Below the pieces are notes generated by a model. That model saw only the letters and a program-made list of their open reading frames with translations, was not told the DNA's origin and searched no databases. From contig OX597820.1 in the NCBI GenBank assembly GCA_951406725.2, forward strand, positions 29,512,001 to 29,576,000: a stretch of 64,000 bases of DNA, written 5' to 3'. Shown here one piece after another: positions 1 to 12,826 of the stretch; positions within the stretch are counted from its first letter, which is position 1; each line of letters begins with the position of its first letter. The DNA is from Octopus vulgaris. Lineage: Eukaryota. The position numbers and the translations under genes were made by a program.

Positions 1-2696
1 TTTGTACTTTTATTAGATTTTATTATTATCACCATTAAAGTGGCAAGCTGCCAGAATCATTACCATGCCAGGCAAAATGCTTAGCAGTATTCTGTCTGAT
101 TTTACATTCTGAGTTCAAATTCTGCCGGGGTCCACTTAGCCTTTCATTCTTCCGGAGTTGATAAAATAAGTACAAGTTGAACACATCATTATCATTGGAT
201 TCACTTCCTACTGCTAACCAATGTAAGGTAGGAATGGAATCTATTGTCAGTCAAGCAAACATTGGCAGCATAACTATATCTGCAATTTAGTACTGTTTAT
301 GTGTGTCTGTGTGTCCAATTTCATTTCCCCATATCTTTCTTAATGAAGCATTTTACTGAAATTTTACAGATGTATTTTTGAAAGTGATCACCGTTTTCAT
401 TAAATGTCAAAGTTCCATGCTAGCGTGGGTTACATTGTTTGACAGGTGGATCTAAGGACTGCATTGTGCTCCAATGACTGCCTTGGCATGGTCTCTATAG
501 CTGGATACCCTTCCTAATGCCAACCACTTGTGAGAGGCTAGATCTGGCAGGATATGGCCAGTTTAAATGTTAAAGGGTTAATGATTAAAACCTTATGAAC
601 TCTTCTTTCCTTTCCTCATCATTATCAACTCAATGTCCATTTTTATATGCTTGCACGGATCAGATAGAACTTATCATATTTATCATACTCATCATCATCA
701 TCATTGTTTTACATATGCTTTCCTTGCTGACATGATCTGAATGGGTCACTACATCACATTTTCATAGGGGGTTGGAGGGGGGGTTACTGCTCACCTAAGT
801 GGATCAGAGGACTGCATCTAGCTCTCTGTATCCAGTTCTGTGTAACAGAATTATGAATAATACATGTATCACGAAGGATTTTCTCTTAAAGCCTTAAATT
901 ATATTCCTAAAAATTCATGACCTACCTTTTGAGAACCTCTGCTTTGTATTCCAAGTTCAAAGTTTGCCTTTCATCCTTTTTGGAGCAGTTTGTGAAATAA
1001 GTACCAGTTATACGCTAAGGTCAATTCAATGAACTATATCTTCCACTTTAAAGGGGTTTTTGTTTCCTTTTGTTTTTTATTTTGTTTTGTTGTTGTTTTG
1101 ATTTTTTGTTTTTGTTTTTTTCTCCTGATCAAAGGAACTTTCTATTGATCTGTCATAAACATTGCTTTTCCAGTTAGCTGGTGATGGAATAATCTCTGAA
1201 TGATCTATCTCTTGAAAACGGCACAAAAGAAAAAGCCAAAAAAAAAAAATGCTATTCAGTTGCTTCTGTTCTTGCATTGTTGCAACCAAGTTGTGATGTA
1301 TAAGTAACAGCAGCAGTCACTGCCATACACAGTGTTGTTGTTGTTGTTATTGTTTTCATTTTAACACTACATACTCCAAGAAAGATGAAATAAATAACTC
1401 TGCAATAAACAAGCTAACAAAAGGAACCTCTAGGTGTTGTTGAGCTAACCAGAAATAGCAGTCAAATCTCCCTTAAATCTCAAAGATATAAGACTAAAAA
1501 AAAAAAGCCTTCAGTAAAGAAACCAACAGGGAAGCATCTATGAGGTTACTGAGTCAGCCAGAAATGACAGTCAAATCTCTCTTAAATCACACTCTACAAT
1601 CTTAAAAATAAACAAAAAAAATAAAGCCACACGAGTGGATTTGGTAGACAGAACCTGAAAGAAGCCTGTTGTGTGTGTGTGTGTGTGTGCACTCGTATTT
1701 GACATAACGTACTGGTTTTGAAGGCACATGGCTCAGTGGTTAGAGCATTGGGCTCAATTGTGAGGTAGTGAGTTTCATTCCCAGTCTAGGCTGTGTTGTG
1801 TTCTTGAGCAAGACACTTTATTTCATGTTGCTCCAGTTCACTCAGCTGTAGAAATGAGTTGTGACATCAATGGTGCCAAGCTGTATCAGCCTTTGCCTTT
1901 CCCTTGGATAGCATCAGTGACATGGAGAGGGGAGGCAGGTATACACGGGTGACGTGCTGGTCTTCCATATACAGTCTTTCCCAGACTTGTGCCTCAGAGG
2001 AGAACTTTCTAGGTGCAATCCCATAGCCATTCATGATCAAAGGGAGTCTTTACCCTGATTGTTGTAAACAAAGGTCACTATCATAAAAACAATGCTGCTC
2101 ATTTCCAGTCTTCCATTAACTATGTGTCTGGTCATGAGGAAATATTACCTTGTTTGAAAGCAAGTGATGGTTGGCAAAAATAGACATCTGGCAATAGAAA
2201 GACCATATACTGCATTAATGTACAAAGTGGATGTTCACGGTTGGAACATACTTTGATCATAGGTCTACTGAATCATGGTTAACCTGCAGCTAATCAAAAG
2301 TTATCCAGTAAACTTTAAAATATAAACATTGATTGTTTGCAATTATTTCACAATTGGGTTTTTTCTGTTTTCTTTAATTTAATTATTTATTTTACATGTC
2401 TGGGTTTGTAGTGTAAATTATTTGGTGACCTCACTGCTGTTAGTGCCATGTAAAAAGCACCCAGTCTATGCTGTAAAGTGGTTGGCATTAGGAAGGGCAT
2501 CCAACCATGAAAACCATGCCAAAGGAAACAGTAGAATTCAGTGCAGCCTTTTGATTCACCATCTCCTGTCAAACCGACCAACCCATGCCAGCATAGAAAG
2601 CAACCATTAAATTATAGTAATGATGATGATGCTTGTATTGGTTAAATATTTCTGTGAATTTAGACATTTGTGTGAATTGTACTGCTGGCACGTTAA

Positions 2697-2908
2697 CCCT
2701 TTCATTACCAACCCGGCTGAAACCACCCCTGGGTCTGAGTACAAATGCCTTGTTTTCAAAAGTTTTGAATTAAGATCTTCCACCAAACCTTAGTCACAAT
2801 TTATGTTCCTATCAATGATAACTAAGTTGTTTTACTAAATTCTTTGTTATAATTAAAATAATTGAGAGAAAAACAGAGCATCTCAAAATAAATACAGTAA
2901 TGAAAGGG
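2697..2908. mobile_element. piggyBac-type MITE, family 1
   Basis: Perfect 12-bp TIRs ccctttcattac / gtaatgaaaggg with TTAA on both sides. Older copies lie at ~24845, ~37390, ~39835, ~55480 and ~60057. Confidence 0.8.
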
Positions 2909-4376
2909 TTAATCCTGTCAACTATGAAATAAAATACACCCTTTGGGGGTCAGTCTCTGAAAAAGACATTAACCCTTTAATTGTGAAATTTAATTTCATT
3001 ATTATTCCGCTAATGATGTTAAATATCTAAAAAAAAAAGTAGAATTAGTATTTTCTGCGAGTCTCATTACCTGAATAAATTTGGCATATCTCAACAAAAA
3101 ATAGTTTCAAACATGACACTCCTCAACAAAAGATAGATTGGTATATAAAACTACTTTCTGCAGTTAAAGGTAATGGAATTTTCAATGGATATTTCTGATT
3201 TCTGTAGAAAAAGGAGTAAATTACCCCTTCCTTCTGAAGTATCAAGTTAACATCTTGGAAAATTGCTAGCAATCTCTCTATCCGTCCATGCTAGGGTTGT
3301 GGCAAATTCCAATGTCTAACAAAACATATGCCCCACAACTGCAATGATAAGCAATGGTTGTCTCAGTCTATCTTCAATCATTTGGGTCACTTTATCATTA
3401 GTGTCTCACTACCTAGATCCTGGATAAGACATTCAACTGTACCCAATTCCTCCATGCAGTCCAAAAATGTCACTATACTGGCTAGGGCTAAAATCCCAAA
3501 GACCCTCCTCTATGTCCTTCAGAGCAGATTTATCTATGTGTAATAAACCCTCATAGGAGTAGTAATTTCCTGACACTCTTCTTCTTCTACAGAAAGCCTT
3601 TCAGTCCAAATTGCTGCAGTGATGATAAAGTAGTAGTGATGTACATATTTTAATTAATTCAAGGCAAGAGTACTCACTACTGGAACTAAGAAAAGGAATT
3701 ACATGAACTTGTATCATGATATTACGATATCACAAAAGCAGTGTGTTTACAGCAAAAGGATCTCATCCTTCCACCACATCTAGAAAACCACAGATAATGG
3801 GCACTACCCCTTTCTACTTTGACTAAACCGTTCAAAACTAAATGCAAGCATTCAAGAGTCTTTGGGTTTTTGTTTTTTACCCCTCTAACCCACAGTATAA
3901 TGGCAGGTACATGTCAACTGTTTTTGTTATAGCAACAAGACCAAACATATATGATATAAAGGAAACATTTTTAATTAAGATCCTTTATTTTTTCAACTCT
4001 TGAGTTGCCCAGAGATTTGAACAATCCATTTAACATACCCCATTTAGCAATATCTTATTCATCAAATTCTTAAATTTGTATTTTAAAAACTGAAATTAAC
4101 AAGGAAATCTTTAAATTTGAGGAGCTAGATGAAGCATTCAGTGTTTATGTTCAGAACAGTTAATCATGCCATGTAGTAGAGACCCACAGATGTGAGACGG
4201 CCCAATGACTCAGTAATGCAGTGGGGAAAAAACCCAGTGATTTGTGCCTTTAATCTAAATATATTAATCAGGTTATAATATTGTTCTCATTTTGGTTGTT
4301 ATAATCACATTTTAGCTGTTATATCTTCTGGTTTTCTGTCATATTTTTAATAACTTCCTCAGAAATTTAAACCACA

Positions 4377-4459
<83 letters not shown>

Positions 4460-5164
4460 TAGTCACAGCAAATTTTTGAAGTTTGATTCATTTCCTACTG
4501 TCATCCACTTCGGTTATGGAACAGGAAGAGGTAGAGAACTAGAGAGATTGGTGAAGATGCCTAATGACAAAATTAAAAGGGATCCATAATCTAGAAGTAA
4601 TTTTCTCTAGCAGAAAGCTTTTGATTGTTTTTCTCTTTAACTTTCTCTATGAATTACTGAAGCATTCTTCAGAGTTCCTTTGACTCAGTTTCCTCAGAAA
4701 TTCTTTGATGTATGGCTTTTCTATTTTTCATCTTGTTACAGTCATTAGACTGTGGCCATACTGGGGCCCCACCTTGAAGGTTTTAGTCAAATGTTTCAAC
4801 CCCACTACATTTTTTTTTTGTTATTTTTTTAAAGTCTGGTCCTTATTCTATTGGTCCCTTTTTCATGAACTGCTTTTACTCTTTTACTTGTTTCAGTTAT
4901 TTGACTGTGGCCATGCTGGAACATTGCCTTTAGTCGAGCAAATCGACCCCAGGACTTATTCTTTGTAAGCCTAGTACTTATTCTATTGGTGTCTTTTGCC
5001 AAACCACTAAGTTACAGGGATGTAAACACACCAGCATCGGTTGTCAAGCAATGTTGGGAGGACAAAGACACACAAACATATACACTAGTGACTAGGCTAT
5101 AATAAACAACACTGTTGTTTACAAAATGTTAGCATGGAAAACGGACGTTAAACATAGATGATGA

Positions 5165-5248
<84 letters not shown>

Positions 5249-6462
5249 CATATATACGATGGGCTTCTTTCAGTTTCCATCTACCAAATCCACTCACAAG
5301 GTTTTGGTCAGCCCGAGGCTATAGTAGAAGACATTTACCCAAGGTGCCACACAGTGGGACTGAACCCAGAACCATGTGGTTGGTAAACAAGCTACTTACC
5401 ACACAGCCTCTCCTATGCCTATGGATGTAAACAAACCAACACTGGTTGTCAGGTGGCAATGATTAGCTGCCTAGGCCTGTAGTGAAAGACACTTTCACGA
5501 GGTACCTATTTCAGTCTTTATGTTAAGTGGGTCCATCTAGAAAGCTACAAGGTTTTGATCTTGGTGGGGAACTAAGAATGCAGCACTTCAGCATCAAAAC
5601 TACAGTTACTTCAGTTCATTGCATTTTAGTAAATAAGGTGGTTTGGTGTGTGTGTTTGTGTTTTATCATGAATCATCATTATATCAGTTTTATTTATATA
5701 TTAGTTAATTTATTAATTAATTAGTCCAGCTTATGTTTCATAGTATTCTATTGTTTATTGATTGCTTCTTCCAACAATGGACTTCTCTGAAGGTTTCTTC
5801 TATACTTTGGTTACGGAAAGTTCATGGCATTTATTTTCATTCCTAACAAACGCCAAGCACATGCACACATGCCGACACAAAGCAACAGAGTCGATCTTTA
5901 GTTCTAATTGAAGAAGCCAATTAGAAAGCCTTTATATATACAGTTACTCGTTGTACAAGAAATAGCAGCCAAAATTTCCTCAACTTAAAAATTATTGTCT
6001 TGAAAACAAAGGTATACATTACATAATGTAGTCCTAGGTATAATAAATAAATGCACCCTTTTAAAGCCTAGCCAAGCTCATGGGCCTGGTTTCTATGGCG
6101 TATATGTTCCCCAGCTGGACAGGACATCAGTCCATCGCAGCGTTACTCATTTTTGCCAGCTGAGTGGACTGGAGCAACGTGAAATGAAGTGTTTTGCTCA
6201 AGAACACGCATAGCTTGGTCCAGGAATCAAAACCACAATCTTACGATCATGGTGCTGACACCCTAACCACTAAGCCATGCGCCTCTACAGTCCTAGGTAT
6301 ACAATGCATAAAAGAAAACAAGATGGTGAGATCATGGCTGGAATATCTTATCAAAGCTCTGTGCAATCAGAACTGGCACCCACACATGTATGCATGTATG
6401 CATGCACACATGTGTGAGAAATTGCAATAAGCAAAAGTTTATATCATTTGTTCCTAAATATA

Positions 6463-6877
6463 GGCATAGGAGTGGTTGTGTGGTAAGTAGCTTGCTTACA
6501 AACCACATGGTTCTGGGTTCAGTCCCACTGCGTGGCACCTTGGGCAAGTGTCTTCTACTTTAACCTTGGGCCAACCAAAGCCTTGTAAGTGGATTTGGTA
6601 GATAGAAACTGAAAGAAGCCTGTCGTATATATTTATATATTATATATATATGTATGTGTTTGTGTGTCTGTGTTTGTCCCCCAACATCACTTGATAACCG
6701 ATGCTGGTGTGTTTACGTCCCCCGTAAGTTAGCGGTTCAGCAAAAGGGATCGATAGAATAAGTACTAGGCTTACAAAGAATAAGTCCTGGGGGCGATTTC
6801 TTCGACTAAAGGCGGTGCTCCAGCATGGCCACAGTCAAATGACTGAAACAAGTAAAAGAGAAAGAGTAAAGAGTAAA
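6463..6877 (+). mobile_element. Full-length tRNA-derived SINE, family A (representative copy)
   Basis: A-box-like tggttgtgtggt and B-box-like ggttcagtccc, an internal TA/TG tract and a (gtaaaaga)n tail. Other copies lie at ~4876-5421(-), ~13287-13902(-), ~24407-24813(-), ~44290-44668(-), ~50290-50695(-) and ~63609-63983(-). Confidence 0.85.
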
Positions 6878-7486
6878 TATATTTCTCCATTGTGAAGCAA
6901 ACTGGATGATGATAATTTATGTGGAACCCCAGACTCAACTGTAGCAGTCATACATCTAATTGTACTAATGTATTAACAGCATACACACACATGCACACAT
7001 ACATACATACATACACATATACACACATGCATATATGACTGGCTTCTTTCAGTTTCTATCTACCAAAGCCGTTCACAAAGTTTGGTCAGCCCAGGGCTGT
7101 TATAGAAGACACTCATCTAAGGTACCATGCAATGGAACTGAACCCAAAACCAAGAAGAGAAAAACCTATAAATTATTACAGTTGGTAGTATTGGTTCCAC
7201 CTGAGTTGTCATGTTTGCGAGTATAAATGCAGTGAACCAGTGACTAGGCTATAATAAACAACGCTGTTGTTTACAAAATATGACAGCAAATAAATCGCTC
7301 ATGCATTTGTCTCTGCTCTTTAATAATTCTTCACTGGACCCCATTCTTATGAGGTTCCATTTTATTGCAATGACAATATGGATTATTATTCATTTTTAAT
7401 AACTCCTTGTTATTGATTTCACTGAACCAGATGTTTGACCATTTTGCCTGTTATCCAAAATTTTGCTTGGGTTGAACTGAAGCATT

Positions 7487-7518
<32 letters not shown>

Positions 7519-7699
7519 CATTGTTATTGATTTCACTGAACCAGATGTTTGTTTATCTTTATATCCAGCATCTTTCTGTGTTATCATCATCATCATTGTT
7601 GTCATTGTTACCATTTTGCATGTTATTCAAAATTTTGCTTGGGTTGAGCTGAAGCATTTTAGAATAGAAAAGACTAAGAATTTGGTCTATCTACAGATG

Positions 7700-8710
7700 T
7701 GTGCCCTCAACTCACCACCAACTTTTGTTTCCTCATAACTTTTTGGAAAATGCATGTCTTTTTAATGAAACTAGCAGTATACCCTGGCGTTGCTCAGGTT
7801 TGTTTTCTTTTCGACCCTTTAGAATTGGAATTTTTGAAAAGTAAAAATTTTGCATTATGTAGCTTGTTATTCTCTTTCAGTGAACAGTTTAATGGTTGAA
7901 ATACACTGAAAAATGGCGATACAGCAGTCAAAAGATCGTTAAAAAAATAGGGATTTTCATAGAAAAAAAGCACCTTTTTTATGTAAATAATTTTTGGTCT
8001 TAACATGGTCTGATTTGAATTTTTTATTTTATGGAAGGAAGAGCAAACTTTCTTCTATCATAGTCTCAATTTTGGTCAACTTGTGCTGCAGAGTCTCAGA
8101 GGAGATAGTGTTAGTTGAAGGCTACCAAACCTGCCACACACAGACTTCAGCTTTATATATGTATAGATTTTCCAGAGAAACGTGTTTTTTTTTGTTTTTG
8201 TTTTTTTTCTCAGATAGTATAGATAACAGTTATATCGGAATTTGTTGTGAAATCTTTTTTGGTGGGGATGGTGGATGGAAGATTCACATACTTTGATTTT
8301 ATTTCCTCATAACTTTCAGAAAAATGTATTTCTTTTATTAAAATCTTGCAGAGATATCTCCTTTTGAGTTAGTGTAGCTTACAATTACATCAGAATTTGT
8401 TGATTTTTTCTTTTCTTTTTTTGCAAAGGCTGGAAAGAGTTTTGGATAATTCACACAATTTGACTCTCTTTCCTCATAAATTTCAGAAAAACGCATGTTT
8501 TTTAATGAGATTTTTCAGAGATAACTTTCAGATAGTAAAGATTATGATCATATCATCATATTTGGTAATAATTTTTGTCAAAGAGGTGTGAAGAGTTTCT
8601 GAAAATTTACTCACTCTGACCTGCCTCGTAACTTTGTGGAAAATGCATATTTTTTAATAAAATTTTCTACAAATACATTTCAGATAGTATAGATAACGAT
8701 TATGTCTTGA
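7700..8710. repeat. Degenerate tandem repeat (units of roughly 170-190 bp) hosting the Helitron
   Basis: Recurring cctcataactt...gaaaatgcat...tttttaatga...tttcagatagta motifs at ~7731, ~8305, ~8472 and ~8624. Confidence 0.6.
7771..8167 (-). mobile_element. Non-autonomous Helitron
   Basis: The minus strand begins TC(TATACATATATAAAG) and ends in a CCTGAGCAACGCCAGG hairpin followed by CTAG. It is inserted between A7770 and T8168 with no TSD. Removing it restores tttaatgaaa|ttttccagag, matching neighbouring host repeat units. Confidence 0.85.
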
Positions 8711-9010
8711 AAATTTCATTTCATTAACATATATTAAATTCACTCTATTCCAGAAAGGAAAGGGTAGCATTGTCTTCAGAAGTCAATTATATTTTCAACA
8801 TCATTGTAATCTACATCATTCAAAATGTATGAAGAAACAAAGTCTAATTTTCTGCTCTAAATTCCAAAATAATTGTATTGTACTTTATCAGAAATGTATT
8901 TGTAAAAACAATTTCATTTATAGACTTTTTCTATTCCTGAGCATTATACTAATACATCTGTTTGTTTTGTACACCACCTGTCTTTGTCTTTTGTTTTTTT
9001 TGTAAACTCT

Positions 9011-9013
<3 letters not shown>

Positions 9014-9058
<45 letters not shown>

Positions 9059-9487
9059 GTATGTTTATATATGTATGTATATATATGTATATGTATGTGT
9101 GTATGTATATATATATATATAATGTATGTATGTATGTATATGTATATATATGTATGTATATGTACATATATGTATATGTATGTATATGTATGTGTATGTA
9201 TATGTGTATATGTATATTTATATATGTGTATGTATATGTATATATGTGTATGTATATTTATATATGTGAATGTATATGTATATATGTATATATAAGTATG
9301 TATATATGTGTATGTATACGTATATATGTGTATGCATATGTATATATGTGTATGTATATGTATATATGTGTATGTATATGTATATATGTGTATGTATATG
9401 TACATATGTGTATGTATATATATGTATATGTATGTAAATATATACGTATATATTTGTATATGTATGTAAATATATACTTATATATAT
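9014..9487. repeat. Long compound (TA)/(TATG) microsatellite
   Basis: Read directly. It is the source of the YI/CV/HT-rich pseudo-ORFs. Similar tracts lie at ~15960-16305, ~21955-22310, ~33830-34053 and ~52170-52470. Confidence 0.95.
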
Positions 9488-9741
9488 CATCATCATCATC
9501 ATCGTTTAACGTCCGTTTTCCATGCTAGCATGGGTTGATGTATATGCATTTTTCAGAAATTTATGAACAAATATCAAGTTGTAGACAGGAAAGGGTCATA
9601 TATCTGCAACCCTGTTAAGTCCATGTCTTGATTCGAACCCCCTTGTGGAACCATTTTATTTCAGTTACATCAGTAATGTCCTTGAGAAAGAGATGAACAT
9701 TAAGCAATCTTGTTTCCTCGCTTTGTATATTTTCCAGCTTT

Positions 9742-10030
9742 GTGTCTATATCAATATTATATATTTTACTCCGGAGACAACACACTACCATAACTAGTTT
9801 CAATATTTCTCTTCTCATTTATTCACTTATTGTCTAACTAACAGCATTTTAGCTGTGTTATGTAATTTAGCAGACTGATTCTTCGTGCTTATATCAATAT
9901 ATATATTTTAGTCTGGAGATAACATAGTAACGTAGCTAGTTTCAATATTTCTCTTATCATTTATTCATTTATTGTCAAACTAACAGCATTTTTGCTGTGT
10001 AATAGTACTACTCTGTGTGCCTATATCAAT
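9742..10030. repeat. Tandem duplication of a ~140-bp unit (two copies plus the start of a third)
   Basis: tatatcaatat...ggaga...ctagtttcaatatttctctt.tcatttattca.ttattgtc.aactaacagcatttt.gctgtgt appears at ~9747 and ~9890. Confidence 0.8.
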
Positions 10031-10248
10031 GTCATCATCATCATCATCATCGTTTTAGTATTCACTTTTCCATGTGTGCATGGGTCGGATAGAATTTGTT
10101 GAGGTGAATTTTCTTCAGCCAGATGCCTTTCTTGTCAAGAATCCTAACTTATTTCCATGTAAGGTAATATTTCCTCATGACCAAACACAGAAGACAGAAA
10201 ATGGAGAGCCGTTTGCATAACAGTACACTTACCTATAACTGTCACATG

Positions 10249-10516
10249 GTTAGTTAGTTAGTTAGTTAATTTGGCTCAAAAGCAAATAGCAAGGCCATGT
10301 AGGGGGACATGGAGTTAAGTACAGGGTGGTGTTCATGTAAAGAGTTCAGGCCACTTGAGGTCCAGGGAGGCTTTGAACAAAGCGGTCGTCGGCATCTTCA
10401 CCATCTCGTCTGGCAGCTTGTTCCACGGATCCGCAACCCGGACGGAGAAAGCTCCTCTCCTTCGATTGAGATGAAATCGTCGCAGGTAGAGCTTTTCGGA
10501 ATGACCCCGCAGCCGG
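10249..10516 (-). mobile_element. 5'-truncated CR1/L2-group LINE 3' end with (TAAC)n tail
   Basis: The minus ORF RLRGHSEKLYLRRFHLNRRRGAFSVRVADPWNKLPDEMVKMPTTALFKASLDLKW is a typical CR1-group ORF2 C-terminus. It is followed by a short 3' UTR and a tetranucleotide tail, with many intact CpGs. Confidence 0.85.
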
Positions 10517-12759
10517 AGGTAGAAACACACACAGACAAACTTGGAACTACAGTAGAAGAAACTTACACAAGGTGCCATGTAGTGGGACTGAACCTGAAAC
10601 CAGGTGGTTGCAGAGCAAGCTTCTTAACCACACAGCCATGCCTGCACCTAGGATATTAAAAATATATTCAGACAAATGGATGATTATAAAGAGACAGAAA
10701 GTGAAAGAGCAGAGGAAGGGGGTGGTTTTTTGCTTGTTTTTTTGTTTTTTATTGTTTTTTTTCCATCATACATAAAGTAACACATTTACAGAAGGAAATA
10801 AGACTATCTGCTGTTCATACCTTTCCTGGAGTTCTTGTTAATCAGATTTTAAAATATAACTATATAAATGAATAACAGACAAATTGCAGGCTCCGCTTGG
10901 CAAGAGTTTTATTATTATTATTATCTCAGCAGTGTTAACTCTCGTTAACTATTTATTACTATAGATGAAAACATAATTATTTTTGTCTCGGCACACAAAT
11001 ATGGTAGGCAAAAATTAATTATTTTTATTTGCTCACTACAGATTCTGTGTGTCTGTATATCCCTTTGGCAAAACACTTTTAAACATCCATGCTTAAAGAC
11101 CTGATATATAATTAAAGAACATTTATTTCTTACTAGTTCCACCGCTTCTTTCCCCTTCTCTGTCAACCTACCCCCCCCCCCAGCAAATGGCTGCTATTAT
11201 TCAATTATTTACTTTATCTTTTCTATTTTACCCTGCTTCAGTCATTGGACTGCAGCCATGCTGGGACACCATCTTGAAGGGTTTGGTTAAACAAATCAAC
11301 AACTGTACTTTTTTTTTTTTTTTCAAGTATGGTACTTTTTGCTGAAGCTAAGTTACAGGGACATACACAAACCAACACCAGACATCAAACGGCGGTGGAG
11401 ACAAACACAAACACAAAATGCACACATAGATATAGATATATATATGTATATACATATATTCTTACAGTTACCAAATTCATCCACAGAGCTTTGGTCAGTC
11501 TAGGGGGTATAGTAGAAGATACCTGACCAGTAGTGTGGAGAAAGAAGTCTTGCATCTAGAGTAACTACCAGTCTTCCTCAAAAACCCCTTGGACCAAACC
11601 TGAGCACATAATTGGGCTGATACAAGACCAACCTTGACCAACAGAGACCCTAAAAATTAGATTTGCTTGGTATAGCAAAGTATGTCCCCAATTCTGCTGA
11701 AAATCTAAATTTCTTTTGTATTTTCACTGGGTTTTAACTTCATACCATTTTCTCATTCATGGATTCTTTATTTTAATGTCTCCTCTGCTTTCGTTGCCTT
11801 TTTTTTTTTGTGTGTGTATGTGTGATTTTTAATGTTATAGACCTAGCTATCGATTTTATTTTAATTTTCAATTATAGTCGGTCATATGATAGCTATCTTG
11901 ACGGTTTGAAATAAAGATTAATGATATATATTCTAACTGGTAATGTGATGTAGTTTCAAGTTTTAAGTACACAAGACTTTCAAATGGTCGGCACATTAAT
12001 TTAGTTTCCGATGTAACAGCCAGTGGTTTAATTTGACATTCTGTATTCGAAACTTCATGGTCGTGTTGATTTTCTGACAGTTTTTTTTTAATTCTCTCTC
12101 TCACACACACTCTCTCTCTTTCTCCTCTCTCTCTTCCCCTCTTTCTCCTCTCTCTCTTCCCCTCTTTCTCCTCTCTCTCTTGAATGCTCTGTCTGTACAG
12201 AAGTACTATATTGAGGTACAGTTTACACACTAGAATCTGTAAAGCCAGTCTGAAACGGATTGTCATTATCATCATCACTTTCATCACCACCTCCACCACC
12301 ATCATCAAAGTTGTTAACACACAGGACAAAATGCTTAGTGGCATTTCTTCCGAATTTACATCGAGTTCAAATTTGGCTGAGGTCAGCTTTGCCTTTCATC
12401 CTTTCAAGGTTGATAAAATGAATACCAGTTGAGCACTGGGGTCAAACTAATTGACTCACCCCCTTCCCCAATATTTCAGGCATTGTGTCTACATTAGAAA
12501 GAATTATTATTATTATTATTACTGTTTATATCCATTTATTGCGTGAGTCAGATGGACCCCAGCAGTACAGAATTTTGCCACTCATCGTAGTCCTTTGTCA
12601 TTTCCATCATTGAATACCATATCCTGAGTTCAGCCCTACATCACTTCTTATAACCTCCTCAGAACTTTTTCTTTCATAGGTTCCTTCCATTGGATCTCTT
12701 GGCACTCCTTTTCACAACTTTTACCATCCAAAAGCACTGGTATGTCCATGTCAATACAA

Positions 12760-12826
<67 letters not shown>

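Noticed and set aside
1174-1203. Possible alternative last exon LAGDGIISE* after ttgcttttccag
   Set aside because: It has only an acceptor-like site and 9 codons, with no homology. This is expected by chance.
8949-9528. Long YI/CV/HT-rich ORFs (also ~15980-16266, ~21932-22378 and ~52142-52550)
   Set aside because: They are translations of TA/TG microsatellites.
11878-11914. Possible terminal exon RSYDSYLDGLK*
   Set aside because: It is short, has no homology and no supporting upstream exon in the right phase.
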